Assembly (NCBI GenBank): GCA_039815375.1
Contig: JBCBZJ010000003.1
Location: forward strand, 96,001-160,000
Length of the DNA: 64,000 nt
Direction: 5' to 3'
From: Verrucomicrobiota bacterium
GTDB lineage: Bacteria; Verrucomicrobiota; Verrucomicrobiia; Opitutales; Coraliomargaritaceae
The notes beneath the pieces are model-generated. The model had not been told where the DNA came from, did not search any database, and saw only the letters and a list, made by a program, of their open reading frames with translations. Positions 56,962-64,000 of the stretch are shown here, one piece after another; position 1 is the first letter of the stretch, and each line of letters begins with the position of its first letter. The translations under genes were made by a program, and so were the position numbers.

Positions 56962-57411
56962 CTAAATAGAACTCTCAGGGGTTTTCTTGTTCCTGGAATC
57001 TCTGAGCAAGATGAAAATTGCGACTAGGAGCAGCAAACTATTTCGCAGGATCAACCAGTGATAGCCAATCGTTTCATTGCTTTCGCCGAAGCAGCCGCAG
57101 TCGATGTCGAGCCCACGTGCCCATGCACTGGTGTGGAGCCCTATAAATAGGCCGAGCAGGGCTGTTATAGCCCACCCGCTGGCTTGGCGAAGCCATGGGG
57201 TAAGCAGTCCAATGCCAATCACAACTTCCAACCAGGGCAGAACAAGTGCCACCCAAAGTGACAGGCTCCCTTCGACAATGCGGTAGTTATCAATCGAAGC
57301 AGCAAAGGCGACAGGGTCTTGCACCTTGGGCAATCCTGCACGGATAAAAACCCATGCCAGCACGAGCCGGGCGACCAGTGCGAAGAGGCCGATGGCGTTT
57401 ACCTGGACCAT
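56962..57411 (-). CDS. MauE/DoxX-family redox-associated membrane protein
   Basis: R..L...F..AG..K..DP..F, LPWLE, GLDIDCGCFG and RN motifs. Confidence 0.9.
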   Translation of the reverse strand: MVQVNAIGLFALVARLVLAWVFIRAGLPKVQDPVAFAASIDNYRIVEGSLSLWVALVLPWLEVVIGIGLLTPWLRQASGWAITALLGLFIGLHTSAWARGLDIDCGCFGESNETIGYHWLILRNSLLLLVAIFILLRDSRNKKTPESSI

Positions 57412-57809
57412 GCGTCCCAACCTCCTTTCAAACTGTAAATCTCCGCGTCCGGCAAGTTAGCACGGAGTTCTTCGGCAATCTTCTTGCTCGTTCCGCAGCC
57501 AGCATCCGCGCAGTAGACGATGATGACGCGCGGACTCTCCAGCCAAAGCTCCAGAATACCTGCCATGCTACTTCCGGGGTCTGCCTGGTCAAAGAAGATC
57601 GCCTCAGGTGCGTGTTCTACCGAAAAATCCTCAGCGCTGCGCGCATCGACCCAGATGACGTCCAGTGCCTTGGCGTCTTCGAGTCTTATTTCGTTCGGTC
57701 CGATTTCAGGCTCTGCCCAAGGAAGTAGGGCTAACCCGGTAACCAGAGAATAAGCCGATCCAATCGCTGATAGCAGTGCGATAACGATGAACTGTCGAAA
57801 AATGTGCAA
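57399..57809 (-). CDS. Membrane-anchored rhodanese-like domain protein
   Basis: WVDARS..F...H.P.A, YCADAGCGTS and LKGGWDAW motifs; TTG start uncertain. Confidence 0.85.
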   Translation of the reverse strand: MHIFRQFIVIALLSAIGSAYSLVTGLALLPWAEPEIGPNEIRLEDAKALDVIWVDARSAEDFSVEHAPEAIFFDQADPGSSMAGILELWLESPRVIIVYCADAGCGTSKKIAEELRANLPDAEIYSLKGGWDAWSR

Positions 57810-57907
57810 AGGTATGAAGTGTAAAGGTAGGAAGGTGGGAAGTTGTTAAAGTATGAAGGCTAAATAAACTTTCCACCTCTGGACATTCGCACATTCTTAC
57901 AGAGATC

Positions 57908-58327
57908 ATGTCCGTCTACACTAAGCAGATCAAGGTTGTTGCGCCTGGCAAATCAACCGCGGAGTTTACCAGCATGATTGAGGAGGGCTTGCGGGAATCG
58001 GGTCTAAACGAAGGGACGGTCACCGTATTTTGCTGCCATACGAGCTGTAGTTTGGTGATTATGGAGAACGCAGACCCTTCGGCTCGTCGGGATCTTGAGA
58101 GTTTTATGGATCGACTGGTTCCGGAGAATGACCCCTATTTCACACATACCTACGAAGGACCCGATGACATGCCGAGCCATATCAAAATGGCGCTGACTCG
58201 AACTGTTGAGGTCATTCCCTTCGTTAATGGCCGACTGAGTCTCGGCACCTGGCAGGGCGTTTTTCTCTGGGAGCACCGCGCCCACAGCCATAATCGACGC
58301 ATCGTGCTCAGTTATCAGGGGGCTTGA
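57908..58327 (+). CDS. yjbQ: YjbQ / UPF0047 family protein
   Basis: HTSCSL...ENADP...DL, EGPDDMPSHIK and LGTWQG.FL.EHR motifs. Confidence 0.93.
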   Translation: MSVYTKQIKVVAPGKSTAEFTSMIEEGLRESGLNEGTVTVFCCHTSCSLVIMENADPSARRDLESFMDRLVPENDPYFTHTYEGPDDMPSHIKMALTRTVEVIPFVNGRLSLGTWQGVFLWEHRAHSHNRRIVLSYQGA

Positions 58328-58632
58328 AAATGCAGATTTCGGTATCGGGAAGGTGGTATTTCACTCAGAGAGGGAGTCGTGTCTTTGAAGCTCATCTTGT
58401 TGGCAGTTCGGCCTGAAGTCCCCGCTAAAAATCGAAGTGCTTTCAATTAGACTTTCCCAGAAGTTTTCTTTGGGCATTAAGACGATCGAGCTTCCCATTC
58501 ACTGGATGTAAATTGTCTTCCCCGGGAAGCAGTATTGTTTCAGCAATACGCGCCGCTTGACTGCGTTGGCTTTAAAACATCTTTGCCGTATCCATATCAA
58601 AAAAGATATACCGATAGAATATGCCTATACCA

Positions 58633-60180
58633 TCAAGTGGCTATTTGCAACAGCGCTTCGGTTGCGGGCACATCCTTGATGATCTGGCTCGGGGCGGGGC
58701 CTACGCCGATGTAGCGTAGATTGGGCATACGGTCTTTGTGCTGGTCGCCGAAGTTGGCTACTTCGATCAGTGCTTTCATGAGCCAGGCGACGTAGATCTT
58801 GGCGTTTTCAGGAAGGTCGCTGAAGCTGCGGATATCTGAGAGGTCTTCACTCCAGCCCGGCAGCATCTTGTATACGGGTTTGAGAGTCTTGTGCACCTTG
58901 CCGTTGCGTGGAACGTGTTGAAGGATGTTGCCGTGTTTGTCCTCATAGGCGGTGCAGATTTGGAGTTCACCCTGCCATTCGCCCGAGTGGGAGAGGGCAT
59001 CGAGTTTATTGAGGACCAGATCCTGATAGCCGCCGTAGCGGAGAGCATCGCCCTTCTCGACGGCATCATACCACCCGACCATGCGCTGACGTCCGGTTGT
59101 CGCGCCAAACTCGATCTTGCGCAGCTTGGCGCTTAGCGGATGCTCCAGATCGATTTCGGAAATGAAAGTGTGGGTGCCGACCTTGGTGTCGTAAGCCTTG
59201 CAGCAACCGATGTTATGGATCGGCTGTGCGGGGATACCTGCGGACTGGAAAAATTCAGGCGTGAAGGTGTGCGAAGCAGTCACGTTTGGCGGGAAGCCAT
59301 GCCGCTTGTCGAGCCAGTAGGCTTGGCCAAACTCACCGATGATGTAGTTGCCTTTGTCCTGCTCACGAAGCACAAGCTCACGAACGTCGACAATTTGCTC
59401 AGCAAGTTCCTGGCCTGCACACCAGTAGGCCTCAACCAGCGCGTCGATATGGAGTGTGAAAGGCTTGTCGCCGGCGAATTGCTCGAAGTCGAACTCTCCG
59501 GTCTCGAATTTACCGGCGTCGATGATCTCGGAGTTTGCACGCGTCTCTGCGCTCGTCAGGGTTTCAAAGAAAGTGTGCCACCTTTCCGGTGCGACCTGGC
59601 AGACGTGTTCGATGACTTTCATGGCGCGACAAACGCGGTGCTTGATCTTTTCTGCGTAGTAGTCTTTCGAGCCTAGAAAATCGGAGAAGTAGACTTGGAA
59701 CTGTCCGACTTCATCAAGATAGGCAGGCGTGATGCCACGACCGGTCGAGCCGCGCGGGTCGCCGCCAAGTGCGTGCACACGATAGTCCTCCCAGGCCAGA
59801 TCAAGCAGGCGGTGGGTCACGTCGGATATAAGGCAGCGTTCATCGATGGCGAGGCGCTTGAGCGCAACATGGCCGTGAAGCTCGGCATAGGCGCATTCCC
59901 AGAGGAATTTACGCGGATCGGCAACGACGCCACATCCAATCGGAAGATAGGGCACGAGCGGATCGGCGACGCCTCCCGGGAGGAGGTTGAGCTTGATGCC
60001 CGCGACCGTGTGCCCGGAGTTCGAGCCTCCGTTGACTTTCATGACTGCGGCTACTGCATCGTCACGGCCGGCGAGATCACGCAGCTCGTGCACGATCTCC
60101 AGAATGACGCGGCCTTTGCCTTCATCTCCTGTGGAGATGCCGGTATCTGCAATAAGTTGGGAAGTAAAATCAGTAAGCAT
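58633..60180 (-). CDS. purA: Adenylosuccinate synthetase (divergent, long form)
   Basis: [40 protein letters not shown] and IGVGP motifs. Confidence 0.92.
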   Translation of the reverse strand: MLTDFTSQLIADTGISTGDEGKGRVILEIVHELRDLAGRDDAVAAVMKVNGGSNSGHTVAGIKLNLLPGGVADPLVPYLPIGCGVVADPRKFLWECAYAELHGHVALKRLAIDERCLISDVTHRLLDLAWEDYRVHALGGDPRGSTGRGITPAYLDEVGQFQVYFSDFLGSKDYYAEKIKHRVCRAMKVIEHVCQVAPERWHTFFETLTSAETRANSEIIDAGKFETGEFDFEQFAGDKPFTLHIDALVEAYWCAGQELAEQIVDVRELVLREQDKGNYIIGEFGQAYWLDKRHGFPPNVTASHTFTPEFFQSAGIPAQPIHNIGCCKAYDTKVGTHTFISEIDLEHPLSAKLRKIEFGATTGRQRMVGWYDAVEKGDALRYGGYQDLVLNKLDALSHSGEWQGELQICTAYEDKHGNILQHVPRNGKVHKTLKPVYKMLPGWSEDLSDIRSFSDLPENAKIYVAWLMKALIEVANFGDQHKDRMPNLRYIGVGPAPSQIIKDVPATEALLQIAT

Positions 60181-60227
60181 TTAGCAAACGCTCTATCAAA
60201 CGATGAACATCGGTGAATGCACGCGAA

Positions 60228-61811
60228 TTATTTTGCGGCGTCACTTATGCTTTCACTCGCTTTGACGGTGATCACGTCATGCGGGGCGGACTCGCGCTGG
60301 CCGGCCGGGCTGACGCGGATGTAGCGGGCATTGACGCGAAGTTGAGCAAGATCGCCAGCTCCGAGATAGCCCATTCCGGACTGGATGCCACCAACGAGCT
60401 CTCGAAGCACGGAGGATAGTGAGCCCGCCGCCTCTTTGAGGGCTTCGATGCCTTCGGCTGCTGCCTTTGTGGCGACGTCCTTTCGATCATGGCCGTAGCG
60501 TGCGGCAGAGCCGTCTTTCATCGCTTCGCGGCTACCCATGCCACGGTATTGCTTATAAAGTTTGCCGTTGATCTCGATAATGCGCCCGGGTGTTTCGTTG
60601 CAACCTGCGAGAAGACTGCCACACATGACACCGTCGGCGAGGGTGAGGGCCTTGACCATGTCGCCGGATTTGTTGATGCCGCCATCGGCTAGAATAGCGA
60701 CACCCTTTTGCTTTGCGGTAACCGAGGCGACGTAGAGGGCCGTCATTTGTGGAATGCCGACACCGGCGACGACACGAGTGGTGCAGATGGAGCCCGGACC
60801 CTGACCGATTTTGATCGTATTGGCTCCGGCGTCTGCGAGAAACTCGACACCCTCGGCACTCGTGACGTTGCCGGCGATGAGGGTAATGTCCCGGAACTCC
60901 TGGCGTAACATTTTAACTGTATCGCCGACGCCCTTCGAAAAGCCGTGTGCGGTGGAGACGGCAATGGCGTCCACACCTTCATCGACCAGCTTGCCTACGT
61001 GGCCGATGATTCGATCTTTATCGAGCTCACCATCAGGTTTCCGATGCGCCGAAATGGCGGCTCCGCACGTGAGACGGAAGTGGCTATCGCGAGCGGGCTT
61101 TACGGACTGCTGCGCTTCGGATTCGATGCGTTCGATGTCGGAAAGGGTGAAGAGTCCGCAGAGGCGATCTTCGTCGTCGACGACGAGAAGTTTGTGGATG
61201 CCCATATGTTCCGTGAAGAACTGATCGGCTACCTTAATCGGATCCTGGGTAATATCCTTTTGCAGTAGGGTATAAACTCCTTCGCGCGGTGTCATACCTT
61301 CGGAGACAAGGCGGTCTTCGTAGCGCGGCTTGACAACACGTCCCGGCAGCAGGCCGAGGAGTTTGTTTGCATCGTCGACCACTGGGAAGGTGCTGAAGCC
61401 ATAGCCACGGTGGGCGATGCGGTCAATCACTTCCCCGATGGTTTGGTCCGGCCCGACTTTGATCGGTTCCTGGATGAAGCCATGAATATGGTTCTTTACC
61501 CGAGTCACTTCTTTGACCTGCTGTTCATCACTCATATTGTAGTGAATCAGGCCCATACCTCCATTGAGGGCCATCTGGATCGCCATCTTCGATTCCGTGA
61601 CGGTGTCCATATCCGAGGAGATGATCGGGATCTGGAGCTCGAGTGAGTTGGATAACCGCATCGACAAGTTCGTCTCGCGCGGGAGCACTTCCGAGTAGAG
61701 TGTGGCCAGCGAAATGTCGTCATAAGTCAGGCCAACCGGGAGGTTGCTGCTGAAGAATGCATCAGCTGGGAGGTAGTAGTCCTCAATCCTGGGTGTCGCA
61801 GGTGCTTTCAT
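60228..61811 (-). CDS. guaB: Inosine-5'-monophosphate dehydrogenase
   Basis: LTYDD, S.MDTVTE, CBS subdomain, [18 protein letters not shown] and YRGMGS motifs. Confidence 0.96.
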   Translation of the reverse strand: MKAPATPRIEDYYLPADAFFSSNLPVGLTYDDISLATLYSEVLPRETNLSMRLSNSLELQIPIISSDMDTVTESKMAIQMALNGGMGLIHYNMSDEQQVKEVTRVKNHIHGFIQEPIKVGPDQTIGEVIDRIAHRGYGFSTFPVVDDANKLLGLLPGRVVKPRYEDRLVSEGMTPREGVYTLLQKDITQDPIKVADQFFTEHMGIHKLLVVDDEDRLCGLFTLSDIERIESEAQQSVKPARDSHFRLTCGAAISAHRKPDGELDKDRIIGHVGKLVDEGVDAIAVSTAHGFSKGVGDTVKMLRQEFRDITLIAGNVTSAEGVEFLADAGANTIKIGQGPGSICTTRVVAGVGIPQMTALYVASVTAKQKGVAILADGGINKSGDMVKALTLADGVMCGSLLAGCNETPGRIIEINGKLYKQYRGMGSREAMKDGSAARYGHDRKDVATKAAAEGIEALKEAAGSLSSVLRELVGGIQSGMGYLGAGDLAQLRVNARYIRVSPAGQRESAPHDVITVKASESISDAAK

Positions 61812-61866
61812 GTGCCGACTCCACCAAAAGATTGTCTTTTCTCAAGTAGGAAATGACATTTCCGGA

Positions 61867-62862
61867 GTGTCACGCCGAATCGAGTATCGCCCTTATCGTA
61901 GAGACTTTGCCCATCCACTGCAAACAGCGCATGGTGCATGGTCCGTTCGGGAAGGTTTCATCGTGCGCATTGAAGAGGATGGGCGTATCGGCTATGGCGA
62001 GGTCGCACCCATACCCGATTTTGGGACGGAAACCGTAGGCCAGGCCCGGGACTTTTTGAAGTCGGTGGTCAAGAACCCCGAGATCGGAGTTCCGAATCAA
62101 TTGCCCTGTTGCGCCTTTGGGCTTTCAGCGGCTTCTTTTGGCCTGAGAGCAGGCCTCTCTTCCTCTTACAATTACGAATTAGCTGCGCTGTTGCCGGCCG
62201 GTTCACCTTCGCTTCAGGCTGCCTCAACAAAGCTTCAGGATGGCTTTAAAAGCTTTAAATGGAAGATCGGTGTCGGCTCTGTTGAAGAGGAAATTAAAGT
62301 CTGCGACGATTTGCTCGATGTGCTTGGGCCAGAGAGTAAAATCAGGCTCGATGCCAATGGCGGCCTTGATCCCAGGACTCTAAAAGCCTGGTTGGATTAT
62401 TTGCTACCGCATACTGAACGGATTGAGTTTATCGAACAACCCCTGCCGGTCGGGCAGGAAGCAATCATGGCTGAGCTGGCTGCAGCGTCCGATATCCCAA
62501 TTGCCTTGGATGAGAGTCTAAATGGTCCGGCAGGTATGCGTTGGTTCAAAGGCGAAGCCTGGTCCGGCCCTCTCGTGATTAAGCCGCTGCTCCTCGGTAA
62601 TTTAGCGGACTTATTGAAATGCCTACAGCCTATCTCCGAACGACTGGTTTTTTCTTCAGTCTTTGAGACCGGAGTAGGTCTTATAAATACGTTTTCTTTG
62701 ATTCAGTCGCTCCCGGAGTGTAGCTTTGCAATTGGTTTTGATACTTTGACGGCTTTTGAAGATGAGCTCTCGATTCCCGGAGTAGGTCCCAGGATTTGCT
62801 CGGCGCAAGTATCTGCATTGGATATGGATGACTTATGGAACCGCTTGCCCCATTCGAACTAG
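61867..62862 (+). CDS. menC: o-succinylbenzoate synthase
   Basis: GYGEVAP.P.FG.E, FKWKIG, RLDANG, EQP, IALDES and SVFET motifs; GTG start at 61867 inferred. Confidence 0.88.
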   Translation: MSRRIEYRPYRRDFAHPLQTAHGAWSVREGFIVRIEEDGRIGYGEVAPIPDFGTETVGQARDFLKSVVKNPEIGVPNQLPCCAFGLSAASFGLRAGLSSSYNYELAALLPAGSPSLQAASTKLQDGFKSFKWKIGVGSVEEEIKVCDDLLDVLGPESKIRLDANGGLDPRTLKAWLDYLLPHTERIEFIEQPLPVGQEAIMAELAAASDIPIALDESLNGPAGMRWFKGEAWSGPLVIKPLLLGNLADLLKCLQPISERLVFSSVFETGVGLINTFSLIQSLPECSFAIGFDTLTAFEDELSIPGVGPRICSAQVSALDMDDLWNRLPHSN

Positions 62863-64000
62863 ATGCGCTAAGACGCGATTGGATCGTCGGTGTTTCCGGG
62901 GAGGCGTTTTTCGCGAAAGTACAAGAGAACATTGAATCTCTGAAGAATGGTCCTGGGCTCGAGAAGGTGGTAGTCGTTCCTGAGCAGGAACCGGTTGAGT
63001 TTGCTGCTTTCTTTTTTGCGGCTGTCTGGCTGGGGGTGCCCCTAGCACTGGCGAATCCCAAATGGGTCGATGCTGAGCAGGATCAATTTGATGCCCTGAT
63101 AAATGAGGACGGAATTGAGCGTGGCTCGATTCTGATTCCTACCGGCGGGACCACAGGAGGTGTTAAATTGGCTATTCATACCTGGTCCAGTCTGAATGCT
63201 TCTGCGCTAGCCGTGTGGGACTTTCTCGGCGAGAGGGGCATCAACTCCTGCTGCCTGCTGCCACTCTTTCATGTCAGTGGGCTGATGCAATTGGTGCGTT
63301 CCTTTGTTACGGGGGGAACGATTCGTTTTGATGACAGCGACGTTTCCGATTGTTGCCTGTCGCTCGTGCCTACCCAGTTGCAACGTGCTTTAGCGAACGA
63401 ATCAAGTATCCGAAAAATGAATACAGTCCAGGCGATTTTCGTGGGAGGTGCACGAATTCCGGATGCTGTTGCTGCCAAGGTTCGAGAACTACGACTGCCC
63501 GTTATCCCGGTTTATGGGATGACGGAAACAGCGGCGATGTGCGCGGCAGTGCCGAATGCTGATTTTCTCGAAAAACCGGATGCGGGCGCTGTTCCAATCG
63601 GTGATGCTACATTCTCGATCGAAGATGATGGTCGCATTCGTATTCGAAGCACTGCCCTTTTTAAGGGCTATTGCGGTCAGCCATCGCCGGATCTATCCGG
63701 GGGGTTCGTCGTGAATGATGAAGGGCATCTGGATGATGAAGGACGCTTGCATGTTGCTGGCCGCGTCGATCATCTCATCAATACTGGCGGTGAAAAAGTA
63801 GACCCGCTTGAAGTCGAATCGACCTTGCTTCACCTTGAAGGCGTAACGGAAGCTCTGGTTGTGGGCGAGTCCAATGATGAGTGGGGGCAGGCTGTGGTTG
63901 CTTATGTTGTGGGTAACGTGCCGAGTCATGAGCACGTATGGTTCAAGGAGCAGCTAAGCCATCGATTGGCGTACTATAAAATACCTAAGCAGGTCTATGT
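62835..64000 (+). CDS. menE: o-succinylbenzoate--CoA ligase (partial, runs off the window end)
   Basis: Manual translation MEPLAPFELD...IPTGGTTGGVK...LPLFHVSGLMQ...SLVPTQL...YGMTETA...GR.D.LINTGGEKVDP.EVE; overlaps menC. Confidence 0.88.
   Translation, partial: MEPLAPFELDALRRDWIVGVSGEAFFAKVQENIESLKNGPGLEKVVVVPEQEPVEFAAFFFAAVWLGVPLALANPKWVDAEQDQFDALINEDGIERGSILIPTGGTTGGVKLAIHTWSSLNASALAVWDFLGERGINSCCLLPLFHVSGLMQLVRSFVTGGTIRFDDSDVSDCCLSLVPTQLQRALANESSIRKMNTVQAIFVGGARIPDAVAAKVRELRLPVIPVYGMTETAAMCAAVPNADFLEKPDAGAVPIGDATFSIEDDGRIRIRSTALFKGYCGQPSPDLSGGFVVNDEGHLDDEGRLHVAGRVDHLINTGGEKVDPLEVESTLLHLEGVTEALVVGESNDEWGQAVVAYVVGNVPSHEHVWFKEQLSHRLAYYKIPKQVY

Noticed and set aside
58330..58630. Possible small gene or pseudogene between yjbQ and purA
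   Set aside because: The best minus-strand frame has an internal TAA after 7 codons and no recognisable motif; not supportable.

Overview
A 64-kb chromosomal window, mostly housekeeping genes. Gene content and protein style suggest a Verrucomicrobiota (Opitutae/Puniceicoccales, Coraliomargarita-like) bacterium; this is inference, not a database result. Core genes: purB, PPi-type pfk, pnuC/NadR-like, thrH, holA, leuA, coaC, tRNA-Val(GAC), parA, xerC, ychF, nusA-infB-rbfA-nrnA-truB-ribF, rluD, panB, gpsA, purA, guaB, menC and partial menE. No CRISPR array, IS element or prophage is visible. The strongest candidate for an undescribed system is a five-gene minus-strand redox cassette (about 25.9-30.9 kb) with a sigma-54-type promoter, sitting between the System II cytochrome c maturation genes resB and ccsA. 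It encodes a DUF3365 monoheme lipoprotein, a cytochrome c5-like lipoprotein, a group I truncated hemoglobin, a NirB-like FAD/NAD(P)H domain fused to a BFD [2Fe-2S] domain and a di-heme-b-type membrane domain, and an 11-heme cytochrome c whose C-terminal half resembles HAO but lacks the catalytic heme-4 motif. Together these look like a cytoplasm-to-periplasm electron wire, possibly for nitrogen-oxide chemistry. Other points of interest: 121-bp structured tandem repeats that each carry a copy of the tRNA-Val 3' end; a Leu-rich leader peptide upstream of leuA; a pseudokinase-PEGA-FGE membrane protein; an NDH-2-cNMP-CBS fusion; a binding-protein/histidine-kinase pair; a sugar-transferase-ACP-SDR-ligase mini-operon; and several start-less gene remnants.
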